Notes under the pieces: generated by a model
The model's input: only the letters and a program-made list of their open reading frames with translations
What the model was told of the DNA's origin: nothing
Database searches by the model: none
Part shown: positions 1 to 9,371 of the stretch, in pieces
Position numbering within the stretch: the stretch's first letter is position 1
Layout of the letters: every line of letters begins with the position of its first letter
Origin: Gemmatimonadaceae bacterium
GTDB taxonomy: Bacteria > Gemmatimonadota > Gemmatimonadetes > Gemmatimonadales > Gemmatimonadaceae
Length of the DNA stretch: 32,632 bases
Assembly (NCBI GenBank): GCA_033763905.1
Contig: JANRJP010000057.1
Span: 1 to 32,632 of the forward strand
Reading direction: 5' to 3'
Translations under genes and position numbers: made by a program

Positions 1-42
1 CGCTTCAATAGCGTGGCTGTCAGCCAGCAAGCTTCGTTATGC
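1..42 (+). mobile_element. attC-like site, right half (truncated by window start); R' core GTTATGC at 36-42
   Basis: 8-36 is identical over 29 bp to the right arm of the site at 17447-17475. It ends in CAGCAAGCnTC-GTTATGC like the intact site at 31436-31453. Confidence 0.75.
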
Positions 43-60
43 GGCGTTGATGTAGGGTCG

Positions 61-942
61 CTACTTGCGCCGGTCCCCAGAGCTCCCGACAAGTGCGAAG
101 ACGAGGGTACTCCAATGCGTGTCCCAGTCTGCACCCGAGCCGACTTCCGCTTGCGTTACGTGGATTGTGCGGATGCTCCACATTCCGCGACGAGTCATCG
201 GCACGCGGACGATTCCCCTAGCGTCTGGCGCAAAGGTGGCAAGCGTTCCGCCAGGCTCATGGTTGGCGTGCGTTGCACCGTTTGGCGCATTCCGATCGGC
301 ATCGAGATCAACGACGTCTGCATGCACTGGAATGCCTGAGAGTGGGGAACCGCGAAAGAGGAGCTGCAAATCCAACGTATCGCTTACTTGCAGTGACCGT
401 GGGTCGCGGAGCGGCACGAACTCGATGACGTGGCCCGCGGGTCGCGCGAAGGCGCTTGCGCCACCGGTACCGACCTGCACCAACGTCTTCGCGTACTTGG
501 CGTAGCGTCGCGTCACACTATCCTTCCCGGCCAGCAGGCCTTCGCGTTCGACGCGTTGCCGCGCGGCCGTTGCTCCCTCAGCGTCGAGGTACGCGCGGAA
601 TCCATCTGCCGACTCACGGACGCTGCGCGGATGCAGCGAGACGGCGACCACGTACTGGCCAGCTTGCGCGGGCCGGTCTCGGATGAACAATGAACGTTCT
701 TGAACTGAAAGTTCGGCGATTGCGACTTCGCCAGTCTCGCTGATGCGCTTGGCGGTGGCGACTCGCTCGACTGCGACTGCAGAACGACTCGTTGGAAAGC
801 GACTGCTCGTCTGACCGCGCAGCACGACTTCGTCGCCCACGTTAACGCGGAACGCGTTGGGGACAATCCAGAAGTCGTCAGCGCTGGCAACGGTTGCGCC
901 AATGAATAGCGCGGCCAGAATGAATCCCGTCCTGCGTCGCAT
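61..942 (-). CDS. DUF4198-family periplasmic protein (Ni/Co uptake-associated family)
   Basis: Signal peptide, then DDFWIVP; Y.KYAKT, GHVIEFVPL.DP, LLFRGSPL and C-terminal W..HWSTLVF motifs typical of DUF4198. Confidence 0.75.
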   Translation of the reverse strand: MRRRTGFILAALFIGATVASADDFWIVPNAFRVNVGDEVVLRGQTSSRFPTSRSAVAVERVATAKRISETGEVAIAELSVQERSLFIRDRPAQAGQYVVAVSLHPRSVRESADGFRAYLDAEGATAARQRVEREGLLAGKDSVTRRYAKYAKTLVQVGTGGASAFARPAGHVIEFVPLRDPRSLQVSDTLDLQLLFRGSPLSGIPVHADVVDLDADRNAPNGATHANHEPGGTLATFAPDARGIVRVPMTRRGMWSIRTIHVTQAEVGSGADWDTHWSTLVFALVGSSGDRRK

Positions 943-975
943 ACGATACCTCAGCGGTGGATTTGGAGCGCGATG

Positions 976-1914
976 CTACCCGTCAGGCATCGGCGTGGCG
1001 ACGAGCACGGCGGTCGCAACTATCACCAGTACCGCTGCTCCAAGTTCAATCAACGACGAACGGCGCAGTCGCACGCCTGCATGGGGTTGGTCCAACACCG
1101 GCAACACGCGACGCCAATTGTACGCGCCGGTGGCCGCGGCGATTGAGAGAAACCCCAACTTGATGACGAGTGTGCGTCCGTACGTACTCTGCCACAGTGG
1201 GGCGATTCCGCCGAGATTCTCCCACGCGGTGTAGAGGCCCGTGAGTCCGAGCAGCGCTGAGAACACGAGGGCTGTTGGGCTAAAAGCACGAACGAGCCCC
1301 GCGACGCGCGCAGCCGAGTCTGTCGAGTCGCCAGCGATATGTCGCGCCGCCGGGATCGCCAAAAGCGTCAACATCGCCAGGCTCCCCACCCACCCGCCGG
1401 CACCAATCACATGAAGCAGCTGCAAAGCGACGGCGAGGTTCGGCATCTGGGCCGCAGCGGGATGCCCGGACAGCGGTTGCGACGCAGCAAAGAGGAGAAT
1501 CGCTACCGCCGCGATCAGCCACCCAGCACTCGTTGCGCGCCGCAGTCGCGGTGCCACCCACGTGACGACGATGGTGGCGGTGACGGCCAGCCACCACGTG
1601 CGGCCCCAGTTCGAGCGAAAAAGTAGCGTCGCGAGAGTATCGCGCGACAACGCTTCCTGCGTGCCGAACACCGCAGCGTGTTGCGCAACGAGACGCGCGA
1701 GGGTGGCGGCGACCGCAACGAGTCCGAATCCGTCAATCCATCGCGGCAGCCGCTCAGCGACGGTCGTGCGAAGTTGCGCCGCGTCGGGCCCCACGTAGCG
1801 AGCGAGGACGACCCAACGAAGCGCGAGTGAGCCGAGCAGTCCGATGGTGCACAACGACAGCACCGCGCGGATGGCAACGAATGCGGGCGACTCAACGCCG
1901 AATTCGGTACCCAT
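976..1914 (-). CDS. copD: CopD-family inner-membrane copper protein
   Basis: About 8 TM helices; SGHPAA, LHVIGAGGWVGSL, STYGRTLVIKL motifs; directly downstream of copC. Confidence 0.85.
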   Translation of the reverse strand: MGTEFGVESPAFVAIRAVLSLCTIGLLGSLALRWVVLARYVGPDAAQLRTTVAERLPRWIDGFGLVAVAATLARLVAQHAAVFGTQEALSRDTLATLLFRSNWGRTWWLAVTATIVVTWVAPRLRRATSAGWLIAAVAILLFAASQPLSGHPAAAQMPNLAVALQLLHVIGAGGWVGSLAMLTLLAIPAARHIAGDSTDSAARVAGLVRAFSPTALVFSALLGLTGLYTAWENLGGIAPLWQSTYGRTLVIKLGFLSIAAATGAYNWRRVLPVLDQPHAGVRLRRSSLIELGAAVLVIVATAVLVATPMPDG

Positions 1915-1919
1915 GGAAG

Positions 1920-2288
1920 TCAGCGAATCACGTCGAACGAGAACTCACCGCGCACGGGATGGCCGTCGTCGCCGGAAACCTGCCAGCGAACCGTGTAGCG
2001 GCCCGGAGCGAGCGCGGTACCGAAGGTCGCAACAACCGTCTTGGTATCACCCACGACCAACTGTACGGAGTCTGGACGCACCTGCATGTCGCCGTGTAGC
2101 ACCGTGATGCGGGTGAGCGCGAGGTCGAGTTCCTCGTTAAACGAAAGCGCGATCTGACGCGGCGCTTCGGTGCGGCTGTCCGCAGCGGGCGTTGCTTTCA
2201 GGAGCCGAGGATGGGCCTGCGCGGCACTGAGCGGTACGGCGAGACTCAGCGCGACGAACAGGGACAAGGCTCGGATTGAAGATTGCAT
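1920..2288 (-). CDS. copC: CopC periplasmic copper-binding protein (no Met-rich Cu(I) loop)
   Basis: Signal peptide ending AQA-H (N-terminal His); LSFNE; GRYTVRWQVSGDDGHPVRGEFSF. Confidence 0.92.
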   Translation of the reverse strand: MQSSIRALSLFVALSLAVPLSAAQAHPRLLKATPAADSRTEAPRQIALSFNEELDLALTRITVLHGDMQVRPDSVQLVVGDTKTVVATFGTALAPGRYTVRWQVSGDDGHPVRGEFSFDVIR

Positions 2289-2311
2289 GATGTGGAAACA
2301 GGTGGTGAGTG

Positions 2312-2354
2312 TTTACGCTGTGTAAAGACTAGTGCGCAGGGATGTGTCGAGCAA
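2312..2354 (-). promoter_or_regulatory. copC promoter (TTGCTC-17-TAGTCT) overlapped by operator TTTAC-N5-GTAAA (2312-2326)
   Basis: TTTACgctgtGTAAA at 2312-2326; minus-strand -35 at 2354-2349 and -10 at 2331-2326. Confidence 0.65.
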
Positions 2355-2392
2355 GGGCACAGGAGGAGCTCCCGCTGACCACCCGGTGGCGT

Positions 2393-3448
2393 TCAGCGAG
2401 GGCTTTCGGTATCAGCGTGCGGGCACGGTAGCTCGGCGCCAGAAAATCCCAAGGTCCACCCGCGGCAAAACAGGTGAGTAATCGGGAGGCGATGCGCGTG
2501 GTCGCAGTGTGCCGGAGCGTGAGAGTTGTGGTCCGCAGGATCGCTCAGCGGATGCAAGACCATCACGCCCGAACTCCAGGTCAACAGCAGAGCAGCGGTG
2601 GCTGCCACAAGCGATCGCGTGGACGTGTGCGATGTCGCGACGGCATCCTCACCGGCGAGGCGGCGAATGCGTCGCGGAAGGAGGTCAGCGCGTTGGAAGC
2701 CCACAGTGGCGGCGAACGGATCGCGACCGTTGCCTCCGAGTTTGAGGATGGCCGAGGCGAGCGGCAGCGCGAGGTCCTGGGCAACCTCATCGTCGGCGGT
2801 AATCTCCACTTCGTCTTCCCAGTCGGCGGCCAAGCGCCGAAGGACAGGAAGCCAAAATAGTAGCGAGGCGAGCGCGCGCAGGGACGCAAGGCGCAGCGGG
2901 TCCCGCCGGCGCAAATGCACAGCCTCGTGTGCAAGCACCGCCTCGAGTTCGTCCGGTGTCAACCGCTCGTGCAAATCGGCTGCGACAATCACGCGTGGTG
3001 AAATCCAACCGGTGGTGAACGCCGGCATCGGGAGGCCACGAACGGCTCGCACGCGGGCGATACTCAATCCGGCCTTCATTGCGGCGCGTGCAATCGGCGA
3101 ATCGCGATGCACGCGCGCCTGCGGCAGGGCTCGCATCACCTTCCAATGTCGCCACAAGACGGCCCCGCGCTCAAACAGTGCGTACCCAACGCCCGCGTAG
3201 AGCAACCAGTGCGCGACTTCGTGGACTGGTTCTAGCAGCTGATGCAGTGCGACAAGACAGAGCAGCGCGAGGTGCTGTTGCTCTGCGCGTAGCCAAGGGA
3301 CGGCGCCGAGCACGTGATGACCCACGACGGGCGTGATCGCGAGGAGGAGCGCCGCGACGATAGCAAAGAGCAATACCCGGCGCCGCCGCTCTTCGCGGCG
3401 AATGACCGGCGGTCGGACGCCAGCCCTCTGCGCCGACGCGTCGGTCAT
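2393..3448 (-). CDS. M56-family (BlaR1/MecR1-type) membrane zinc metalloprotease with His/Cys-rich loop and tail
   Basis: LAHEAVHLRRRDP (HExxH), E.EITADD, RRIRRL; start overlaps the BlaI-family stop (ATGA); no penicillin-binding domain. Confidence 0.88.
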   Translation of the reverse strand: MTDASAQRAGVRPPVIRREERRRRVLLFAIVAALLLAITPVVGHHVLGAVPWLRAEQQHLALLCLVALHQLLEPVHEVAHWLLYAGVGYALFERGAVLWRHWKVMRALPQARVHRDSPIARAAMKAGLSIARVRAVRGLPMPAFTTGWISPRVIVAADLHERLTPDELEAVLAHEAVHLRRRDPLRLASLRALASLLFWLPVLRRLAADWEDEVEITADDEVAQDLALPLASAILKLGGNGRDPFAATVGFQRADLLPRRIRRLAGEDAVATSHTSTRSLVAATAALLLTWSSGVMVLHPLSDPADHNSHAPAHCDHAHRLPITHLFCRGWTLGFSGAELPCPHADTESPR

Positions 3449-3906
3449 CCTTCCTGTTCTCTGAGCTTGCGGCGAATCAGGCGCGCGAGTTCTGCGAGTT
3501 GTTCGGGATCGCGCTCGGCAAGCACGTCGACGATGGACGCTGTGACCGCCTCCGTGCCGAGGGAAAGAATTCCCTCCACGGCTCGTCGCGACGCTTGGGA
3601 GACGAAGTCCGCCTCTCTAATGCGTGCGCTGAAATGCAGTCGCCCGCTGACGCGCGCGCGCGCGAGGAACCCCTTGCGGACCAAACGATTCAGCACCGTC
3701 GTGCTGGTCAGCGGTGATACCGGATGGTCTTCACGTAGCAGCTCGTGAATCTCACGCGCTGTGAGCGGGGCTGCAGCGTCCCAACACAGACGCATCAAGC
3801 GGGACTCGAGCTCCCCGAGGAGTGTGCTGGTTCCGCTTCCCGAGAGCTTCATGGTCTCAGGAAGGCGAGGAGTTCTGGGGGAAAAGATGTGGCGCTTTCG
3901 CTTCAC
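3445..3906 (-). CDS. BlaI/MecI/CopY-family transcriptional repressor
   Basis: LGELESRLMRLCW...LTAREI...TTVLNRLVRKGFL winged HTH. GTG at 3906 overlaps the upstream TGA (alternative ATG at 3852). No C-terminal CopY Cys motif. Confidence 0.88.
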   Translation of the reverse strand: MKRKRHIFSPRTPRLPETMKLSGSGTSTLLGELESRLMRLCWDAAAPLTAREIHELLREDHPVSPLTSTTVLNRLVRKGFLARARVSGRLHFSARIREADFVSQASRRAVEGILSLGTEAVTASIVDVLAERDPEQLAELARLIRRKLREQEG

Positions 3907-4421
3907 GGCATTGCCGGATCGCTGGGTCGACGAGCGCGGCTGGCGGTTTGCGTGAGCCGCACTATCCATCGATTGCCATGGCGCTCGAGAACTGCTGTGC
4001 CGCGTCCGACCACGTCCGCCTTTCCGTTGTTCGGGAGGTCCGCCGAGAGTGCGTAGCGAAAGGTTGCCCACGCGAGGTTGCCGGACACCCGCGCTTCAAT
4101 CTCAAAGGGACGATAGCGGAAGTTCGAGAACTCTTTCAGTTCGGGCGCGAGATGGTTGTCGCGGTAGTCTGTCCAGCCCCGATTGATTCCTGCGCCTTCG
4201 ATGATCAGCAAGCTGTCGCCCGCATAGATGGAGTCGAGTGCTACAAGGTCGCCGCGCTCCGCGGCGGCAAAGAGCGCCTGGATGGCTTGGACGACTGACG
4301 CCACTTGGGCACTTGGTGCGGCGGCGGAAGCCGGGTGCTGATGTGCCTGGGCGGTACCACGCTCTGGGAGCGCAATGGTCAGGAACACGAGCGCGAAGAG
4401 GCGACGGGTCGTGAAGATCAT
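3903..4421 (-). CDS. Secreted NTF2/SnoaL-like (DUF4440-type) protein
   Basis: Signal peptide then QAHQH; IEGAGINRGW.DY.DNHLAPEL, GNLAWA, GTAVLER...W. Only the 3' part of the 691-aa track ORF is real. Confidence 0.75.
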   Translation of the reverse strand: MIFTTRRLFALVFLTIALPERGTAQAHQHPASAAAPSAQVASVVQAIQALFAAAERGDLVALDSIYAGDSLLIIEGAGINRGWTDYRDNHLAPELKEFSNFRYRPFEIEARVSGNLAWATFRYALSADLPNNGKADVVGRGTAVLERHGNRWIVRLTQTASRARRPSDPAMP

Positions 4422-4473
4422 GGTGGTTGAGTCGGCAAGAGGTTGAACACCGCTGTGCTTGGCGCCAAACGCA

Positions 4474-4539
4474 AATTTACGGTAGGTAAAGGTCCAATTG
4501 CAAGCGGGACGCCAGTCCAGTACTTTACAATAAGTAAAG
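4474..4539. promoter_or_regulatory. Divergent promoter region with two TTTAC-N5-GTAAA operators (4476-4490, 4524-4538)
   Basis: TTTACggtagGTAAA and cTTTACaataaGTAAAg; + strand TTGCAA(4498-4503)-17-TACTTT; - strand TTGCAA-18-TAAATT. Confidence 0.7.
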
Positions 4540-4586
4540 CGCCAACCGGACTCTCGTGCACGTGGCTGCGACGAGCACGGTTGGAA

Positions 4587-6506
4587 ATGCATCCCCAAAC
4601 CCGCTTGCCCGTGCCTGACCTGAGCCCCCTCCAGCCTGTCTCCCGCCGGGGCTTTCTCGGCGCCGCTGCCGTCGTGGGTGCCGCTGCCCTGCCGAATCCG
4701 CTGCGTGCGGTATCGTTGGAACCGAATCCCTTGCATCCGGGGCTCGCCCCGTTGCCGCCCGTTCCGAACAATCGTCGCGAGTACGACCTCACCATCGCGG
4801 AGACAACGCTCCGCATCGATGGACGCAACGCGCGAGCCACTACGATCAACGGGACCGTTCCGGGGCCCGTGCTTCGGTTCCGCGAAGGGGAAGAGGCCGT
4901 CATCCGCGTGCGGAACACGCTCAACGAGGATACCTCCATTCACTGGCACGGTATCCTGCTGCCTCCCGCGATGGATGGCGTTCCTGGCTTGAGCTTCGCG
5001 GGCATCGGCCCAGGCGAGACCTTCGAGTATCGCTTTCCCGTGAAGCAAGCCGGTACCTATTGGTACCACAGCCATTCCGGTCTGCAGGAGCAACTCGGCC
5101 ATTACGGTGCGCTCATCATCGAGCCGGCTGACCGTATCGGCCCTGCATACGATCGCGAGCACGTCGTGATGCTCTCCGATTGGACCTTTGAGAACCCCTA
5201 CCGCCTGCTGTCGCGCCTCAAGAAGCAACCCGACGCGTACAACTACCAGCGTCGCACCGTGGCGGATTTCTTCCGCGACGTCGCGCGCGACGGGTTGTCC
5301 GCGACCGTGAGCGACCGCTGGATGTGGGCCGGAATGCGGATGAATCCGACTGACATCGCGGACGTCACCGGAGCGACGTATAGCTACCTGCTCAACGGCC
5401 AGGTGGCCGAGGCGCCGTGGACGGCGCAGTTCGCGCCGGGCGAGCGTGTGCTGCTGCGCGTCATCAACGCGGCGGCAGGTTCGTACTTCGACCTGCGCAT
5501 CCCCGGCGTCCCGTTGACGGTCGTCCAGGTGAGCGGGCAGCCGGTTGAGCCCGTCGAGACGGACGAGTTCCGCATCGCCATCGCCGAGACGTACGACGTC
5601 ATTGTGCAGCTCCCCGAGGATCGGGCCTACACGCTCTACGCCGAAGCGATGGATCGCAGCGGGTTCACGGCAGCGTCGCTGGCTCCGCGTGGGGGACTGC
5701 AGGCGGCGTTGCCGCCGCGTCGCCGCCGGCCGCTCCTGACGATGGCCGATATGGGGATGGACCATTCCGCGATGGGGGGGATGGACCACGGCGCAAGCGA
5801 TCATGCGGCGATGGGCCACGAAATGCCTGAGACCGCGCCGGCCACTGCAGCCACCGCAGCCACCGCAGTCGCGGACGACGAACACGCCGGGCACGATATG
5901 GGGGCGATGACCTCTGCGACGGCACTGCGCGCACCCGGAACGCTGCCCGCGGAGACTGCGCACGGCGCGGACACGCACGGGGTCGGCAACGCGATGATCC
6001 CGATGAGCACCAAGAGCCGTCTGGCCGAGCCCGGCGCCGGACTCGGTGCTGATGGGCGACGCGTCTTGCTCTACTCGCAGCTACGATCAGCGGCGCCGTA
6101 TCCCGAGTTCCGCGCACCGACGCGCGAGATCGAGATCCACCTCACTGGCAATATGGAACGCTTCATGTGGGGCATTGACGGCGTGCCGTACGACGAGGCG
6201 GCGCCGATCGAGTGCAGCTACGGGGAGCGGCTCCGACTCACGATGGTGAACGACACGATGATGAATCACCCGATGCATCTGCACGGGATGTGGATGGAAC
6301 TCGAGAACGGCCAGGGGGAGCGAAGCCCTCGCGTTCACACGGTGAACGTCAAGCCCGCCGAGCGTGTCTCCCTGCTAGTGACGGCGGACGCGCCCGGGCG
6401 CTGGGCGTTCCACTGCCACGTGCTCTACCATATGGAGGTCGGGATGTTTCGCGAGGTGCGCGTGAGTGCACCGACGGGGCACGAGGGACATCACAATGCT
6501 GCGTAA
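4587..6506 (+). CDS. copA: CopA-type periplasmic multicopper oxidase (Tat-exported)
   Basis: SRRGFL Tat signal; HWHG, WYHSH, HPMHLHG, HCHVLYHM copper motifs; Met/His-rich linker. Start approximate. Confidence 0.95.
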   Translation: MHPQTRLPVPDLSPLQPVSRRGFLGAAAVVGAAALPNPLRAVSLEPNPLHPGLAPLPPVPNNRREYDLTIAETTLRIDGRNARATTINGTVPGPVLRFREGEEAVIRVRNTLNEDTSIHWHGILLPPAMDGVPGLSFAGIGPGETFEYRFPVKQAGTYWYHSHSGLQEQLGHYGALIIEPADRIGPAYDREHVVMLSDWTFENPYRLLSRLKKQPDAYNYQRRTVADFFRDVARDGLSATVSDRWMWAGMRMNPTDIADVTGATYSYLLNGQVAEAPWTAQFAPGERVLLRVINAAAGSYFDLRIPGVPLTVVQVSGQPVEPVETDEFRIAIAETYDVIVQLPEDRAYTLYAEAMDRSGFTAASLAPRGGLQAALPPRRRRPLLTMADMGMDHSAMGGMDHGASDHAAMGHEMPETAPATAATAATAVADDEHAGHDMGAMTSATALRAPGTLPAETAHGADTHGVGNAMIPMSTKSRLAEPGAGLGADGRRVLLYSQLRSAAPYPEFRAPTREIEIHLTGNMERFMWGIDGVPYDEAAPIECSYGERLRLTMVNDTMMNHPMHLHGMWMELENGQGERSPRVHTVNVKPAERVSLLVTADAPGRWAFHCHVLYHMEVGMFREVRVSAPTGHEGHHNAA

Positions 6507-7272
6507 GCGTCCCCTGCGAGCTGCTGTCGCATCGGTCGGTGTGCTCGTGGCCAGCTGCCTGCTTGCCGCGCCTGCAGAGGCGCAGGCTCCTGCGCGCGCG
6601 CCGCACGATGCGCCGCACGGAATGGGTTGGGGGCGGGAGACGTTTTTTCTCACAGAAGTGCTCGAGTACGACCCTGCCGGCGCGGAACGTCCGCTGCTGT
6701 TCGATGTGATCGCTTGGACGGGTGGGGCCAGCCGCCGGCTCTGGTTCAAGGCGGACGGCAGTGTGGCGACGGTCGAACGCGCGTCGCACGGCGAGTACCA
6801 ACTGCTCTACGGATGGATGCTCAGTCCATTTTGGGACGTCCAGGTTGGCGCACGCGCCGACGTGCGCGCGGCGTCGAGCAATCGCGCGTCGCGTGCGGGA
6901 GCTGTGATAGGACTGCAGGGGCTCGCGCCGGGTTGGTTCGAGCTCGAGCCGTCGCTGTTCGTGACGAGCGGCGGCAACCTGTCGTTCGACCTTACGGCCT
7001 CCTACGACCTGTTCCTGACGCAGCGGCTGGTGCTGCAGCCGCGTTTAGAGTCCAGTGTGGCGCTGAAGGACGACGTGGAGTTCGGCGTCGGCCGCGGGTT
7101 GAGCAGTACGTCGTTTGGCCTGCGGACGCGCTACGAGATTCGCCGGGAGTTCGCGCCCTACCTCGGTGTCGTGTGGGAGCGGGGCTACGGCCGGAGCGCC
7201 GAGCTGGCGCGACTGGCGGGTGAGTCCGCCGGTGAAGCGATGATTGTCGCGGGTCTGCGCTTGTGGAGGTAA
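6496..7272 (+). CDS. copB: CopB outer-membrane copper resistance protein
   Basis: GLQGLAPGWFE, YDLFLTQRLVLQP, RYEIRREFAPYLGV, GLRLW; overlaps the copA end. Confidence 0.93.
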   Translation: MLRKRPLRAAVASVGVLVASCLLAAPAEAQAPARAPHDAPHGMGWGRETFFLTEVLEYDPAGAERPLLFDVIAWTGGASRRLWFKADGSVATVERASHGEYQLLYGWMLSPFWDVQVGARADVRAASSNRASRAGAVIGLQGLAPGWFELEPSLFVTSGGNLSFDLTASYDLFLTQRLVLQPRLESSVALKDDVEFGVGRGLSSTSFGLRTRYEIRREFAPYLGVVWERGYGRSAELARLAGESAGEAMIVAGLRLWR

Positions 7273-7285
7273 CCTAGGAGGGAGG

Positions 7286-9343
7286 ATGGACGAGGAGCAG
7301 AGTTCGAGCCACGATGCGCACGCGAATCACAATGTGCACGCGAGTCACGACGCGCACGTCGGCCATGACTCGCACGATCGTCACGCCGGTCACAGCCCCG
7401 AGATGTTCCGCCAGAAGTTCTGGCTGTCGCTCCTGCTGACGATTCCTGTCGTCGTATGGTCGCAGCACATCCAAGACCTGCTCGGCTACACCGCGCCGTC
7501 GTTTGCCGGCTCCGCGCGTATTCCGGCGCTGCTGGGGATGGCGGTCTTCCTCTACGGCGGGTTGACGTTCCTCCGAGGCGCGTGGGGGGAGCTCCGCAGC
7601 CGCTTGCCCGGGATGATGACGCTCATCTCGTTGGCCATCACCGTGGCGATTGTGTTTTCGACGGTGGTAGAACTTGGGTTGGTCGAGGCCGAGTCGCTGT
7701 GGTGGGAGTCGGCGACGCTTATCACGATCATGCTGCTGGGGCATTGGATCGAGATGCGGTCGATCTCGGAGGCCAGCGGTGCGTTGCAAGCGCTGGCGAA
7801 GCTAATTCCCGACATGGCGCACCGGGTCGTGGATGGCGGTGAAGAAGATGTCACCGTCGCGCAGCTCCGCGCGGGCGACACGCTGCTCGTGCGACCGGGC
7901 GAGAACATTCCCGCGGACGGCATTGTCCGCAAGGGACGCAGCAGCGTCAACGAGGCGATGATTACGGGGGAGTCACGTCCCGTGACGAAGGAGGAGGGTG
8001 CCGAGGTGATCGCAGGCACCATCAATGGCACGGGCTCGCTACGCATCGAAGTGACGGGCACGGGTGACACGACGAAGCTCTCGGGCATCATGCGGCTCGT
8101 GTCGCAGGCGCAGAGGTCGAAGTCTCGGGTGCAGCACCTCGCGGATCGGGCCGCACAGATTCTGACCATCGTGGCGATTCTCGCCGGGGTTGTGACGTTC
8201 GCGGTGTGGCAGGTCCTCGGTGCGCCGATCGATGTCGCGCTCACGCGCGTGGTGACTGTGCTGGTCATCTCGTGTCCGCACGCGCTCGGCCTCGCGGTCC
8301 CGCTCGTGGTGGCGATCTCGACAACGCTGGGCGTGCACGGCGGGCTGCTCGTGCGTGACCGCCGCGGGCTCGAGGAGGCACGGTTGCTCGACACGGTCGT
8401 CTTCGATAAGACGGGTACGTTGACGCTCGGGGAGTTCCGAGTCGTGAATATGGGTGTGCGTGATGGCATCGCGGAGGACGAGGTGTTGGCGATTGCCGCG
8501 GCCATCGAGACTGAGTCGGAGCACCCGATTGCGCGCGGCATCGTGAAGTCCGCGGCGGATCGGGCCTTGCCCCTTCCGGTTGTGGAGGGATTCAACGCCA
8601 TCCCTGGACGGGGTGTCGAGGCGATGGTGCGCAGAGAGCGGTATCGCATCGGCGGACCGGCGTTGCTCGAGCAAGTCGCGGCCGATGTTCCCGACGTCCT
8701 CCGGCGCGTGGCGGACCAGGCGTCGGCGCGCGGGCAAGCGGCCATCTATCTGCTGACCGATCGCGCGGCCGTCGCGGTGTTCGTCGTCGCTGATGCAATC
8801 CGTCAGGAAAGTCGCGAGGCGATTGCCGCGCTCCACGCGGCAGGTATCGAGGTCGCGATGCTCACCGGTGACGCCGAGCCGGTGGCGAAGGCCGTCGCCG
8901 CCGAGTTGGGGATCGATACCGTGTTCGCGCGCGTCCTGCCGGAGGACAAGGCGCGGCATGTGCAGGCGCTGCAACGCCAGGGCAAGAAGGTCGCGATGGT
9001 GGGCGACGGTGTGAATGACGCGCCGGCCCTCGCGACGGCAGACATCGGCATCGCGATCGGTGCCGGCACTGACGTGGCGGTGGAGGCGGGGCACATCGTG
9101 CTGGTGCGGTCGGATCCGCGGGACGTCCCGCGGATCGTGTCGCTCTCGCGGGCGACGTATCGGAAGATGATCCAGAATCTGTGGTGGGCCGCGGGTTACA
9201 ACATCGTGGCGATTCCGTTGGCGGCTGGCGCGCTTTCGGCCTGGGGCATTCTCCTGACGCCGGCGCTGGGCGCGGTCTTGATGTCGTTGAGCACCATTGT
9301 CGTGGCGCTCAACGCACAGTTGTTGCGGCGGGCTACGTTGTAA
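7286..9343 (+). CDS. Copper-exporting P1B-3-type ATPase with His-rich N-terminus
   Basis: GGAGG RBS; CPHALGL, DKTGTLT, TGES, GDGVNDAP, YN and MSLST motifs. Confidence 0.95.
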   Translation: MDEEQSSSHDAHANHNVHASHDAHVGHDSHDRHAGHSPEMFRQKFWLSLLLTIPVVVWSQHIQDLLGYTAPSFAGSARIPALLGMAVFLYGGLTFLRGAWGELRSRLPGMMTLISLAITVAIVFSTVVELGLVEAESLWWESATLITIMLLGHWIEMRSISEASGALQALAKLIPDMAHRVVDGGEEDVTVAQLRAGDTLLVRPGENIPADGIVRKGRSSVNEAMITGESRPVTKEEGAEVIAGTINGTGSLRIEVTGTGDTTKLSGIMRLVSQAQRSKSRVQHLADRAAQILTIVAILAGVVTFAVWQVLGAPIDVALTRVVTVLVISCPHALGLAVPLVVAISTTLGVHGGLLVRDRRGLEEARLLDTVVFDKTGTLTLGEFRVVNMGVRDGIAEDEVLAIAAAIETESEHPIARGIVKSAADRALPLPVVEGFNAIPGRGVEAMVRRERYRIGGPALLEQVAADVPDVLRRVADQASARGQAAIYLLTDRAAVAVFVVADAIRQESREAIAALHAAGIEVAMLTGDAEPVAKAVAAELGIDTVFARVLPEDKARHVQALQRQGKKVAMVGDGVNDAPALATADIGIAIGAGTDVAVEAGHIVLVRSDPRDVPRIVSLSRATYRKMIQNLWWAAGYNIVAIPLAAGALSAWGILLTPALGAVLMSLSTIVVALNAQLLRRATL

Positions 9344-9371
9344 GCGGCCGTCGCAGGATGTGGCGCGTCAT

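Noticed and set aside
5841..5867. 3 x 9-bp tandem repeat GCCAC(T/C)GCA in copA
   Set aside because: In-frame Ala-Thr-Ala expansion in the variable Met/His linker; ordinary.
4422..5978. 5' extension of the 691-aa minus-strand ORF
   Set aside because: Antisense shadow of copA; only 3903-4421 looks like a real protein.
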